DNA of 64,000 nucleotides from Bacillota bacterium (GCA_009784665.1 WRBH01000003.1:5498-69497); one strand, 5' to 3'; shown: positions 35,995 to 45,322, numbered from the stretch's first letter. A program made the numbers and translations. The notes: generated from the letters alone by a model not told the origin.

Positions 35995-37197
35995 ATGATG
36001 CACCAAAGGCGGAACACAATAGCCCTATTTATCCGTGCGGCATGCTTTGCGGTGATGCTTGTGTTTGTTAATGTCTTTTTGGTCGCACAGGTTTTTGTGT
36101 TGAGTGGCGAGAGCTTTACCGCCGTAACTATGTTCTTTATGATTAGTGCTTGTGCGAACTTTGTGTTCTTTGCAATTGCGGTCAAGTTATGCAAAAGATT
36201 CAAGGCGGCACGAATTGCTCAGGTCGCGGCGGGATTGGCATGTTCGTTTGTCTTACTTGTCGTTTTGTGGTCGGATGGGTTACAGGATTTTTATCTGTTG
36301 TTTGGGGCGTTGTGGGGGATGGCGACGGGAATGCACTTTGCAACAGGACAGTTCTTGACATCCCGCAGCTTCGGCCGCGAAAAAGTACATTCCATAATGA
36401 TTTGGTATTTCAGTATCGGAGCGATTGTCAGCGTCCTGTTCCCATTTACATTCGGTCTAATAATTGATTTAGGCAGCCTCGTAATAACCGCTATAATAGT
36501 TCTGGTCATTGGGATAATCCAAGCAACCGCAACCTTTTTCATAGTAGGTAAAGAAGACACAAACAAGCGACTACGATTGGTGCAATATTTTCGGGCATTG
36601 CGTAAGGAAAAGTTTCATCGAGCCACATGGAACCTGTGGATTGTGGTAGTTCTGTCAGGCTTTGTTAATGTGATTACCTTGGCGGTGACTGTGATGGTTA
36701 TTATGGTCTTTGAAACTAACATTAACTTGGGGGCATTGACCAGTGCATTTGCATTAGGGGCGATTTTGGTGCTGCTGGGATACAAATATCTTGGTCGACG
36801 GGTTAAGGTTGCCTTGCTAGTTTTGTGCATGGTTGTGCCGTTGCTAGGGACTGTTCCGTTGTTATTTGATATCAGCCTTGTAACCGTTGCTATTTTCCAA
36901 GGAGTGTTCGTTATCCTCAGTAAAATCATCATAACCGAGGAAAAGGCAACAAAAATCAGTGCGGTCAAATACTGGGGTGGGGAAGAATTCTTGTTGGAGA
37001 GCAATCTCTTTTACGCAGCAGGTCATTGGGTCGGAAAAATGATCGCGGGGTCGATGTTACTGCTTGTTGGTATATTTAATGCACCTCCTATTGCTGTGGC
37101 GACTATTCTGCTTGTTTTGATGGTGGTTTATTCCTTGCATGCATTGGGGCTTGTCCTTTGGAAGCGAAAATATAGCAATCTTGACAAAACGGGCTGA
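35995..37197 (+). CDS. polytopic membrane protein, MFS-transporter-like (about 12 TM)
   Basis: Roughly twelve hydrophobic helices with a central basic loop (KEDTNKRLRLVQYFRALRKEKFHR). Start moved to ATG 35995. Confidence 0.6.
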   Translation: MMHQRRNTIALFIRAACFAVMLVFVNVFLVAQVFVLSGESFTAVTMFFMISACANFVFFAIAVKLCKRFKAARIAQVAAGLACSFVLLVVLWSDGLQDFYLLFGALWGMATGMHFATGQFLTSRSFGREKVHSIMIWYFSIGAIVSVLFPFTFGLIIDLGSLVITAIIVLVIGIIQATATFFIVGKEDTNKRLRLVQYFRALRKEKFHRATWNLWIVVVLSGFVNVITLAVTVMVIMVFETNINLGALTSAFALGAILVLLGYKYLGRRVKVALLVLCMVVPLLGTVPLLFDISLVTVAIFQGVFVILSKIIITEEKATKISAVKYWGGEEFLLESNLFYAAGHWVGKMIAGSMLLLVGIFNAPPIAVATILLVLMVVYSLHALGLVLWKRKYSNLDKTG

Positions 37198-37209
37198 ATT
37201 TGCTAGAAT
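37181..37209 (+). promoter_or_regulatory. sigma-A type promoter, leaderless start at 37215
   Basis: TTGACA(37181-37186)-17nt-TAGAAT(37204-37209); ATG 5 nt downstream. The -35 lies inside the 3' end of the upstream gene. Confidence 0.6.
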
Positions 37210-37214
37210 GTATG

Positions 37215-37913
37215 ATGGGCAACAACAAGGGAAACGGAAATCGCCTATCTCAATTCAAGCCTGAGGGTTATATCGACCTCAGGGAAAACGGAATTGCCGA
37301 TAATGGCCCAAAGGAAAACGGATCCAAGTTCGTTGAAACTTTTCTAAATAGGCCGCTTGAAGACTTGGGCAAAGTCATCAGTATCGATGAATTCCTCGCC
37401 GACGACCCTGTGATTCCTGTGACTCATATAGGTGTAATGAATTTTAATACGAATCAGGAAATCCACAGAAGACTTGCTATCATGCAAATAGGTAAACCTC
37501 CAGAACACTATGAAAGCTTTAAAGAGTGGATTCATAAGGTGCTAGTACTCTTCAACTCCCAGGCTGTTGAAATGAATATGGATGAATACCGCAGCTATTA
37601 TTCAAGTGGATGGGGCTTTTATTCAGGTACAAGGAATGATTGGTATGGAAAAGCGGATATTGAATCGCTGAGCAGGCGTCCTGCAAAAGGATTGTTGAAT
37701 AAAGAGGAGAGGTACGCATCGGGAAAATTACGGAAATCTCATAATAAAAAAAACACAGATACCATTCATTTCAGCGAGCTGTTGCCACTGGCCCAGCGTT
37801 ACAGCAAAGAAACTCCTTTTGCTGTTCGGCAAAGTGAACCAAAAGAAAAAAAGGAAGCAGTGGAATACACTCCGTCAAACGCCGATGCTATTGTGGACAG
37901 GCTATTTAATTGA
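37215..37913 (+). CDS. hypothetical protein (232 aa)
   Basis: Intact ORF; no recognised motif. Confidence 0.6.
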   Translation: MGNNKGNGNRLSQFKPEGYIDLRENGIADNGPKENGSKFVETFLNRPLEDLGKVISIDEFLADDPVIPVTHIGVMNFNTNQEIHRRLAIMQIGKPPEHYESFKEWIHKVLVLFNSQAVEMNMDEYRSYYSSGWGFYSGTRNDWYGKADIESLSRRPAKGLLNKEERYASGKLRKSHNKKNTDTIHFSELLPLAQRYSKETPFAVRQSEPKEKKEAVEYTPSNADAIVDRLFN

Positions 37914-37915
37914 AC

Positions 37916-37944
37916 TTGACCAAGCTATAGAAATGTTGTATAAT
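37916..37944 (+). promoter_or_regulatory. sigma-A type promoter, leaderless start at 37950
   Basis: TTGACC(37916-37921)-17nt-TATAAT(37939-37944); ATG 5 nt downstream. Confidence 0.65.
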
Positions 37945-37949
37945 AAGAA

Positions 37950-38711
37950 ATGGATTTCAACCTCGACGCGGCCAAATCCGATACCATTAAGGCAAAGCAC
38001 TTTCTTTCTAAGGGTGGGCGTTTTCGAGCTCTTTTGTTATTAGGCCGAGGCGAACATGGAGAAGTTCGGTCTTTTGAGGATTGTGCAGTTAAAGTGATCC
38101 GTGGGTCAGATTCCGATCGGGACGCGAAGATATTGATGAAACGCAGTGAAGACGGTATCAAGCAGGGGTTAAAATTTGCCCCTGTTTTGGATACTGGCTT
38201 CTTTGATAATCTTTATACTTTTTCGCCAAGGCTTTATGGAGTTCAATTATCGGATTGGTTCAGGGTATGCCAGACACCATTGAAGTTACTTGAAGAGCTC
38301 ACCACCGTAATGGACATAGGGAAGGAAGGCATAGCAAGTTTCTTCGAGGAAAGCATAAAACTGCACGAAATAGGAATAAGGCCAGACTTTATTAGAAGGA
38401 GTAATCTTATAATTACCAAAAATCAAGAGAGCAAGAAACAAAGCATCAGCGTCGTAGATTTCCATGATTGCAGGGAAATTCGTGAACTAGACCCTTGGAA
38501 AAAACAAGTCATTCTGGAAGAAGCAACTGAAATGTTACTAGGGGATACCTTGTTTGCAGGTAATGCACATATGGACGAGAAAACGGATGAGGTATATAGA
38601 AAATTATTAGAAGATGTTAGGGAAGTATTAACTCAAATCCAACATAATTCTTATGCTCTTCGGCGTGTGGACTACATGGAAGGGCGGGACTATCTGAAAG
38701 GAAATGATTAA
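37950..38711 (+). CDS. small atypical protein-kinase-like protein (253 aa)
   Basis: Gly-loop-like LGRGEHGEV, VAIK-like CAVKVI, catalytic-loop-like IRPDFIRRSNLII, and DFG-like VVDFHD. Confidence 0.5.
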   Translation: MDFNLDAAKSDTIKAKHFLSKGGRFRALLLLGRGEHGEVRSFEDCAVKVIRGSDSDRDAKILMKRSEDGIKQGLKFAPVLDTGFFDNLYTFSPRLYGVQLSDWFRVCQTPLKLLEELTTVMDIGKEGIASFFEESIKLHEIGIRPDFIRRSNLIITKNQESKKQSISVVDFHDCREIRELDPWKKQVILEEATEMLLGDTLFAGNAHMDEKTDEVYRKLLEDVREVLTQIQHNSYALRRVDYMEGRDYLKGND

Positions 38712-39412
38712 GCTTTGTAGATAATTTTACCACATTCTTCACAAACGACATACCCGTCTTTTGTAATAGTGTGAATTCGGGAAAGAGGCATTTCGAACAT
38801 GCATGCTCCACATTGGTTTCCAACGATAGGCACGACTATATTAACGGGTTTTAAAGATTTAACCTGACTGCGAGCCTTTGTGTATCGCTCTAGTAATTTG
38901 CCATCAACCGCTTTGCCTAGGGTTGCCAGTTCCTTGTCGATTGCTTTGACCTTAGGCTCCAGGTCAGCCTGGGCCTTTTCATATTGCGGGGTATAGCCAG
39001 CAACCAGCTTTTGTGCCTTCATAATTTTTTGTTTTTCGTCCTCGAACTGTTTTGATTTTGTGTTAATTTTTTTTGTAGTTTCGTCTAACTGTCTCTCGTA
39101 GCCTGCGATTTTGCCACTGAGTGTTCCCATATATGAAATGGCACTGTTGATCTCGTCCTCGGATTGTTTGGAAAAGTCCGTTGCTGACATTTGGTCGGCA
39201 CGGGTCAACAATTCGGACAAGTTCTTACGAATGGTGTCCACAGAGGAAACCAAGGATTTGGCATCGTTATCCAGTGACAAAACAGAGGATTTTGCCGCCT
39301 CTAGGTCTTTTGATGCCGCGTCGATTTCGCGTTTGACCTTACCACTCTCCAAGGACTCGAGGAGTTTTAGCTTCTCTTTTTCTTTCTCTTGATACGCCAG
39401 AATTTCTTTCAT
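38708..39412 (-). CDS. coiled-coil protein with C-terminal C4 zinc ribbon (COG1579 / zf-RING_7 type)
   Basis: Long coiled coil followed by NQCGACMFEM...VCEECGKIIY. Confidence 0.75.
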   Translation of the reverse strand: MKEILAYQEKEKEKLKLLESLESGKVKREIDAASKDLEAAKSSVLSLDNDAKSLVSSVDTIRKNLSELLTRADQMSATDFSKQSEDEINSAISYMGTLSGKIAGYERQLDETTKKINTKSKQFEDEKQKIMKAQKLVAGYTPQYEKAQADLEPKVKAIDKELATLGKAVDGKLLERYTKARSQVKSLKPVNIVVPIVGNQCGACMFEMPLSRIHTITKDGYVVCEECGKIIYKA

Positions 39413-39418
39413 AAGAAC

Positions 39419-39447
39419 ACTATATCACACAATCCAATATCTATCAA
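39419..39447 (-). promoter_or_regulatory. sigma-A type promoter, leaderless start at 39412
   Basis: Minus strand TTGATA(39447-39442)-17nt-TATAGT(39424-39419); ATG 6 nt downstream. Confidence 0.55.
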
Positions 39448-39952
39448 GAACTTTGCCATCGAATTCGGCATCGCCGTCGTGGATTGCGTTAAACTTTTTT
39501 ATAACTCCTGCCGAGGCGATGTTGTCCTTAAGGCAAGTAATTCGAATCTGGTGAATTCCCAGTTTCTTGCATTCGTCAATTCCCAGTTGTAACATCTGGG
39601 TGGCATAACCCTTGCGGCGTTCATCTGGGGCAACGGAATAACCTATATGTCCGCCTATGCGTTCTAAGTGTGGGGTCAAGGAATGACGAATCGCAAATGT
39701 CCCGACCACCTTGTTGTCCGATTTCCTTATGGCAATAAATTGTGTTGCGGGAACGAACCCTTCGGGCAAATTCCGTCCTGCTTGGTGGTCTTCGCACTCG
39801 GTCAACCATTCGTCAAATGACATATCGGACAGACTGCCTGCCCCGTGAATTCCAACACCCGAAATAGTGGATAATTCGGCGATAAATTTTCGTTTGTAAT
39901 CCTCGACTTGTTCGCGGTGGTGTTGCGCAGGCAATATCAATTCAAGTTCCAT
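39425..39952 (-). CDS. GNAT family N-acetyltransferase
   Basis: Acetyl-CoA motif DERRKGYATQMLQLG; 175 aa. Confidence 0.8.
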   Translation of the reverse strand: MELELILPAQHHREQVEDYKRKFIAELSTISGVGIHGAGSLSDMSFDEWLTECEDHQAGRNLPEGFVPATQFIAIRKSDNKVVGTFAIRHSLTPHLERIGGHIGYSVAPDERRKGYATQMLQLGIDECKKLGIHQIRITCLKDNIASAGVIKKFNAIHDGDAEFDGKVLDRYWIV

Positions 39953-39958
39953 GTCACA

Positions 39959-39986
39959 AGTTTACTCCTTTGAAGGTTTTTGTCAA
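39959..39986 (-). promoter_or_regulatory. sigma-A type promoter, leaderless start at 39952
   Basis: Minus strand TTGACA(39986-39981)-16nt-TAAACT(39964-39959); ATG 6 nt downstream. Confidence 0.45.
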
Positions 39987-40060
39987 GTAAGGGGGGGAAG
40001 GTGTAGCACATAGGTTTAAAGATTTAAATGGAGGAGTGACAAGATTCAATGTGTTGTTGA

Positions 40061-40660
40061 TTATCTCATTTTTTCGTTGTATGTTTCAGGCGACATCTTG
40101 AATGCCTCTTCTTTTAGGATTTCGTCGATGCCATGAAGGGCGACTTGCGGGTCTATGTCCCTAATTCTTTCGCGGATAATTGTTTGCAGCTTTTCGATTT
40201 GTTTGTAGTTCATTTTTTCTGGGAAGCCATTCCTCGAGAGCTGTTGCTTGTTATACGAACCAAGAATCTCATTATCATATCCTCGATGGTGATGCACCTC
40301 ATTGGCTCCAGCAAGTGAAATTTCTCCATCGTTGTCCATTTCGCATGTAACTTGATCGTTTAAAAATGCCGTGGTCACCCAAGACAGATTCCCGTCTGGA
40401 ACAATTCTGTATTTCGATGGAGTGGACTTTAATTGCTTGATTGCAAAATATGCCCGTTCAGGAATAACCTCTGTTTTCTCTTCTCTACGACCTGATTCAT
40501 AGCTGCTGATTTTAACACTTGTCCCAGGAGAAACATGAAGGTCACCATACAGCATGCTGGTATCGTACTTCTTTAGAGTATTTGCGAATTGTTTCAGATT
40601 GCTCTTCAGCTCGTCTGCCAAGTCCTCGACGAACTCGGCTATTGAATCAAATGGTTCCAT
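40061..40660 (-). CDS. hypothetical protein (199 aa)
   Basis: Start moved to Met37 (40660), 5 nt downstream of a TACAAT -10. The longer ORF would overlap the rpoZ start. Confidence 0.6.
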   Translation of the reverse strand: MEPFDSIAEFVEDLADELKSNLKQFANTLKKYDTSMLYGDLHVSPGTSVKISSYESGRREEKTEVIPERAYFAIKQLKSTPSKYRIVPDGNLSWVTTAFLNDQVTCEMDNDGEISLAGANEVHHHRGYDNEILGSYNKQQLSRNGFPEKMNYKQIEKLQTIIRERIRDIDPQVALHGIDEILKEEAFKMSPETYNEKMR

Positions 40661-40665
40661 GCCAA

Positions 40666-40694
40666 ATTGTAACACAGCAAAAACCATTTGGCAA
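40666..40694 (-). promoter_or_regulatory. sigma-A type promoter, leaderless start at 40660
   Basis: Minus strand TTGCCA(40694-40689)-17nt-TACAAT(40671-40666); ATG 5 nt downstream. Confidence 0.6.
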
Positions 40695-40716
40695 GTTTTT
40701 TGATTCAGGGTATAAT
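40688..40716 (+). promoter_or_regulatory. rpoZ-priA promoter, leaderless start at 40722
   Basis: TTGGCA(40688-40693)-17nt-TATAAT(40711-40716); ATG 5 nt downstream. Confidence 0.6.
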
Positions 40717-40721
40717 GATGT

Positions 40722-40922
40722 ATGTTATACCCAAAAATTGATGTAGCCATAGGCGAAATCGGCGACAAGTACAGTGCCGTAATCGTCGCAGCCCGCCGTG
40801 GTCGCGATGTGTTGGCGACCCTGCCGGCCGAGTTGGCGAGATTAAAGATGAGCGAGCTGTCTTATGCCCTAAAGGAAATCAACGAAGGCCGCATTACGGT
40901 CATCCGAGGTGCCGTTGCCTAG
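40722..40922 (+). CDS. rpoZ: DNA-directed RNA polymerase subunit omega
   Basis: 66 aa with the DKYSAVIVAARRGRDV core. It sits directly upstream of priA, as in Bacillus. Confidence 0.8.
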   Translation: MLYPKIDVAIGEIGDKYSAVIVAARRGRDVLATLPAELARLKMSELSYALKEINEGRITVIRGAVA

Positions 40923-42886
40923 TGAGATATGCCGAAATTATCCTAGACGAGGTTCACAACGAAGATAGAACCTGGACTTATTCAATTCCTGAAAATTTAC
41001 AAGTGCACGAGGGCAGCAGAGTCTTCGTGCCTTTTGGATTTCGGAAGAAAATCGTCGAGGGGTTTGTTATCAAGATAAAAGACAGTTGTGATTATGACCC
41101 ATCAAAAATCAAATCTGTCGAAAAATCCCCTGATAAATTTATCGCACTAAAGCCCGAAGTTTTGGCAATAGCCCCCCTGATTTGTGACAAGTTCAAGTTA
41201 CGCCTCATTGATGTCTTGCGTTTGTTTGTCCCCGCCACAGTCCGCAGTCGCAAGCGGGAGAGGATTGCCGCGAACAAGGAGCTTAGGGCATTAGATATTA
41301 AAAATAAAGATATAGTCCTTACAAAAGAGCAACAGTCTGCAGTCTCTGAAATTCTTGGCAGTAAAAAAACCTTTGTCCTGCATGGAGTAACGGGCAGTGG
41401 AAAGACAGAAGTGTATATGCGTGTAATCGCAGAAGTTTTGAAACAAGGCAAGAGTGCGATAATGTTGGTTCCTGAAATTGGATTGACCCCGCAGATGCTT
41501 GGAAATTTCCGAATGCGATTTGGTGATTCAGTCGCGATGATTCATTCGGGGTTAAGCCAGACAGAACGATACGACCAATGGATATCTTTGCACAAGGGCG
41601 AGAAGAAAATAGTAATCGGGGCCCGCAGTGCCGTTTTTGCCCCTCTTGAAAACATAGGGGTCGTTATAATTGACGAGGAACATGATACAAGCTATTTCGC
41701 CGAATCAAACCCTAGATTTCATACGCACGATATCGCACGGATGCGATGTGATTTTAATGAGGCTCCTTTGGTTCTTGGGTCGGCAACACCATCTGTCGAG
41801 ACAATACATTCGGGATATAAGGTCTTGGAATTAAAGAATCGGGTTAACAACCTATGTATGCCGAATATCAAAATCGTTGACATGATTGCCGAGATACGCG
41901 GCGGACATGGTGGTGTGATATCCAGGGATTTGTTGGCGGCGTTAAAGGACGCAATAAATGCCAAGAAATCCGCAATGATTTTCTTGAACCGCAGAGGCTT
42001 CTCAAGCTATGTCGGATGCCTTGATTGCGGTTGGATAGCCAAGTGCGAGAGCTGTGATGTCAGTTTGGTCTGGCACAAATTAGATGGTCAATTGAAATGC
42101 CATTATTGTTCAGCAAGATATTCAAGGGCGACCAAGTGTCAGGAATGTTCATCGGGTTTATTGCGTTATGGTCAAATAGGGACTCAGAAATTGGTCGAGG
42201 AAATCCAATCCATATTGCCCACCATCACGGTGTTTAGGCTTGACACGGATAATGCTAAAGAGTCTTTGAATATTCTGCAAGAATTTGGTTCAACACCAGG
42301 GTCGATCCTGGTGGGAACGCAGATGATTGCAAAGGGACATGATTTCCCGTCTGTTGCGGTGGTGGGGATTGTTGACGCGGACAATGCATTGCACTTTTCG
42401 GATTATAGAGCGGGCGAGAGGACTTTTGCCCTGATAACCCAAGTTGCGGGCAGGGCAGGGCGTGCGGGTGACGGTCAAGTATTTCTGCAGACCTACAAGC
42501 CAAGGCACTATGTGTATAATCTAGTCGCCCAGTACAAGTACAAGGAATTTCTTGAGAAAGAGTTAAACGCACGCGAGGTCACCCAATTCCCACCCTTTAC
42601 AACAATCATTAGGGTTTTAATAACAGGAGAGGACGAGGCCACAATTTGCAAGTATCTACAGCCCTTGATGAAAAAGCTGCGGGTACGGGAAAAGGACATG
42701 GTGTTCCTCGGTGCTATGAAGTCCCCACTGGGAAAGTTGCAGAACAAATATAGATATCAAATCTTGTTGAGGTTTACACGAAAGAAAGAGAAGGATCTGA
42801 TAGACTGGGTACACCAGGTCGTTAAATCAGAGCCCGCCAAAAATCTGCATGTGTTCCTAGAGATTAACCCACAAAGTCTGAGTTAA
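40922..42886 (+). CDS. priA: primosomal protein N' (replication restart helicase PriA)
   Basis: Walker A GVTGSGKTEVY, DEEHD, and Cys-rich zinc region CLDCGWIAKCESCD...CHYC. GTG start overlaps the rpoZ stop. Confidence 0.95.
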   Translation: MRYAEIILDEVHNEDRTWTYSIPENLQVHEGSRVFVPFGFRKKIVEGFVIKIKDSCDYDPSKIKSVEKSPDKFIALKPEVLAIAPLICDKFKLRLIDVLRLFVPATVRSRKRERIAANKELRALDIKNKDIVLTKEQQSAVSEILGSKKTFVLHGVTGSGKTEVYMRVIAEVLKQGKSAIMLVPEIGLTPQMLGNFRMRFGDSVAMIHSGLSQTERYDQWISLHKGEKKIVIGARSAVFAPLENIGVVIIDEEHDTSYFAESNPRFHTHDIARMRCDFNEAPLVLGSATPSVETIHSGYKVLELKNRVNNLCMPNIKIVDMIAEIRGGHGGVISRDLLAALKDAINAKKSAMIFLNRRGFSSYVGCLDCGWIAKCESCDVSLVWHKLDGQLKCHYCSARYSRATKCQECSSGLLRYGQIGTQKLVEEIQSILPTITVFRLDTDNAKESLNILQEFGSTPGSILVGTQMIAKGHDFPSVAVVGIVDADNALHFSDYRAGERTFALITQVAGRAGRAGDGQVFLQTYKPRHYVYNLVAQYKYKEFLEKELNAREVTQFPPFTTIIRVLITGEDEATICKYLQPLMKKLRVREKDMVFLGAMKSPLGKLQNKYRYQILLRFTRKKEKDLIDWVHQVVKSEPAKNLHVFLEINPQSLS

Positions 42887-42899
42887 GGAGATATAAAAA

Positions 42900-43457
42900 A
42901 TGACAACGATTTATTTTATAAGGCATGCAGAAGCAGTTAGAGGTTTCAAACCAAACAGACTAAGGCCTTTGACTGAAAAAGGGCAAAAGGATTGTCACTG
43001 GGTGACGGAATTTTTACAAGACAAGCAAGTTGATGTGATAGTTTCTAGCCCTTATAAAAGGGCGGTTGACACTGTGTCTGGATTCGCCAAATCCATGGGT
43101 TTTGAAATAGAATTAGACGAAGATTTCCGCGAGCGTGAAAAGGGCTCACTGACTGGGGACTATATGGAATTCGCAATGAGACAATGGGGCGATTTCTTAT
43201 ACAAACTAAATGGTGGGGAGAGTTTGGCGGAAACGCAACAGCGAAACATTACAGCCCTGCAAAGAGTGTTAGAGAGACATAAGAGTAAAAATATTGTTAT
43301 AGGCACACATGGGCAAGCACTTGGCACCATTATAAATTACTTTGACGAATCATTTGGCTTTGAGCAAAAGTTAGCCATTGGGAACCCTCATATTGTTAAA
43401 ATGATTTTCGATGGGGACAGCCTTATAAGTTTCATTGACATAGGCTCTGGGTTATAG
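42900..43457 (+). CDS. histidine phosphatase family protein (phosphoglycerate-mutase-like)
   Basis: IYFIRHAEA catalytic RH motif and a later GTHGQAL His motif. SD AAGGAG. Confidence 0.8.
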   Translation: MTTIYFIRHAEAVRGFKPNRLRPLTEKGQKDCHWVTEFLQDKQVDVIVSSPYKRAVDTVSGFAKSMGFEIELDEDFREREKGSLTGDYMEFAMRQWGDFLYKLNGGESLAETQQRNITALQRVLERHKSKNIVIGTHGQALGTIINYFDESFGFEQKLAIGNPHIVKMIFDGDSLISFIDIGSGL

Positions 43458-43463
43458 CATAAT
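43435..43463 (+). promoter_or_regulatory. def-fmt promoter, near-leaderless
   Basis: TTGACA(43435-43440)-17nt-CATAAT(43458-43463); ATG 43472 is 8 nt downstream. Confidence 0.5.
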
Positions 43464-43471
43464 AGGTATGT

Positions 43472-43918
43472 ATGGCCTTACTTAATATAATCCAAGTGCC
43501 GGATGAGATTTTGTACAAAACCTCTAAACCCGTCGAGAGGTTCGATGGTCGTTTATGGCAACTTTTGGATGATATGCGACAAACCTTGAAAAAAAGTGGG
43601 GGGGCGGGCCTGGCCGCCGTGCAGGTCGGATACTTGATGCGAATGTGTCTGGTATGGCTGGAAAAAGATAGTTATCTAGAGTTAATTAATCCAGAGATTT
43701 TAGGTGCGAAAAGAGAGAAGAAAGGTGCTGAAGGATGCCTGAGTATCCCCGATATAACTGTGCGTGTTAAACGATTCCAAGAATTACGCGTCCGTGCCCA
43801 AGACAGGAACGGCCAATGGTTTGAGATGGATTTAAAGGGCCTGCCTGCCATTTGTACCCAGCACGAGATTGACCACATGAATGGAATCCTGATAACGGAT
43901 CACGAGGAGGGCAGATGA
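43472..43918 (+). CDS. def: peptide deformylase
   Basis: Motifs GAGLAAVQVG, EGCLSIP and QHEIDHMNG. Confidence 0.95.
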   Translation: MALLNIIQVPDEILYKTSKPVERFDGRLWQLLDDMRQTLKKSGGAGLAAVQVGYLMRMCLVWLEKDSYLELINPEILGAKREKKGAEGCLSIPDITVRVKRFQELRVRAQDRNGQWFEMDLKGLPAICTQHEIDHMNGILITDHEEGR

Positions 43919-44775
43919 AAATAGCATTTTTGGGAACACCCGGGTTCGCAGTACCCAGTCTTGAGGCTTTGTTGAAGAGCAGACATGAAATAGTTTGCAT
44001 AGTATCGCAACCCGACAAGCCAATAGGCAGGGGAGGTAAGGTTCAGTTCAGCCCAGTTAAGGAGTTTGCTTTAAAACATAGTATCCCGATTTTGCAGCCC
44101 GAGAGGATTTCAAAAGAGGTCGAAATTTTGGACAAATATAGGCCAGATATCCTTGTTACCTGTGCGTTTGGCCAGATGTTGCGACAAAATGTTTTGGATT
44201 ATGCCCCTTATGGTGTTATAAATGTGCACGGCAGTTTACTTCCCAAATATCGTGGTGCTTCACCAATTCAATGGGCGATTATCAACGGTGATACGGAAAC
44301 TGGTGTAACAATTATGAGAACAGATATGGGTATGGACACAGGCGACATGATTTTATGGGAGAGTATACCCATTAATTCAGACGAAACAAGCGGCGACCTG
44401 TTTCCACGAATGGCTCAACTTGGGGCGAAATTGCTTGTCAAGACTTTGGATAAAATACAAGGGAGTACTGCGAGATTTATCAAACAGGATGATGCCCTTG
44501 CAACGCCAGCTCCGATGCTGAGACGAGAGCACGGACTTATTGATTGGAGCAAGCCTGCACATGAAATCGTAAATCTTATCAGGGGTTTGAACCCTTGGCC
44601 GTCGGCGTATTTCGAGTTAGATGGGGAACAAATAAAGGTTCACAAAGCAAGAGTGGCGGATGGAAGGGTAGAATTGCTTGAGGTTCAAGCCCCAAACAGC
44701 AAACGCATGCGAGGAGTTGACTTTTGCAATGGGAAAAGGATACAATATAAACATGATAATTTCACCTTCGCTTAA
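43915..44775 (+). CDS. fmt: methionyl-tRNA formyltransferase
   Basis: KIAFLGTPGFAVPSL and HGSLLPKYRGASPIQWAIING. ATGA overlap with def. Confidence 0.95.
   Translation: MKIAFLGTPGFAVPSLEALLKSRHEIVCIVSQPDKPIGRGGKVQFSPVKEFALKHSIPILQPERISKEVEILDKYRPDILVTCAFGQMLRQNVLDYAPYGVINVHGSLLPKYRGASPIQWAIINGDTETGVTIMRTDMGMDTGDMILWESIPINSDETSGDLFPRMAQLGAKLLVKTLDKIQGSTARFIKQDDALATPAPMLRREHGLIDWSKPAHEIVNLIRGLNPWPSAYFELDGEQIKVHKARVADGRVELLEVQAPNSKRMRGVDFCNGKRIQYKHDNFTFA
44717..44746 (+). promoter_or_regulatory. sigma-A type promoter inside the fmt 3' end, leaderless start at 44753
   Basis: TTGACT(44717-44722)-18nt-TACAAT(44741-44746); ATG 6 nt downstream. Confidence 0.55.
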
Positions 44776-45322
44776 TCCAGCCTCGATGGCAGGCGACCTT
44801 GAGGGATATCTGGGCTGGCTTAATGGTTTGAAAATCCCTGATATTTCAATCCATGTTGATGTTATGAGGGAAGACTTTGCGGGTACAAACTACATGACGG
44901 ATGAAGAATATTTATATGTTATGAAAAACTGTCAGTTGCCGATGGATTTGCACCTGATGACACATGACACGGATTTCTTCTTAAAAAATGCGTCTCCATT
45001 GGTTCAAACAATCATAACACTAGACGAAATGATAAATCTTCCAAATTATGTGACGACAAAATTCCAGACAATCAACCCTATCTTGGTCATGAGTGTCGAG
45101 GCAGGGGCAAGTGGCAAACCCAGCGACATTCCAAAAGCTCTACGGAAGGTCAAGAAGCTGGCGGGCAAGAAACTTATTCTAGATGGTGGAATTAATGTCG
45201 AGAACATTGGAACAGTCAGGGATGCGGGTATTCACACCGCGGTTGTTGGGGCGGCACTTTACAACGCCCCTAACAGAGAGGAGTATCTGAAAAATTTGCT
45301 TGCCAAGGCGAGAGAGTTGTGA
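44753..45322 (+). CDS. ribulose-phosphate 3-epimerase family protein (divergent, 189 aa)
   Basis: ISPSL...HVDVM...DLHLM...MSVEAGASGKP...DGGI pattern. The canonical MDG.FVPN motif is replaced by MREDFAGTN. Confidence 0.6.
   Translation: MIISPSLNPASMAGDLEGYLGWLNGLKIPDISIHVDVMREDFAGTNYMTDEEYLYVMKNCQLPMDLHLMTHDTDFFLKNASPLVQTIITLDEMINLPNYVTTKFQTINPILVMSVEAGASGKPSDIPKALRKVKKLAGKKLILDGGINVENIGTVRDAGIHTAVVGAALYNAPNREEYLKNLLAKAREL

Noticed and set aside
39966-39980. AAAGGAG sequence 12 nt upstream of the GNAT start (39952), which could be read as an SD.
   Set aside because: It lies inside the 16-nt spacer of a TTGACA/TAAACT promoter whose -10 ends 6 nt before the ATG, and its spacing to the ATG is long for an SD. 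The two readings are mutually exclusive. I favour the leaderless one because of the window-wide pattern, but this remains unresolved without TSS data.
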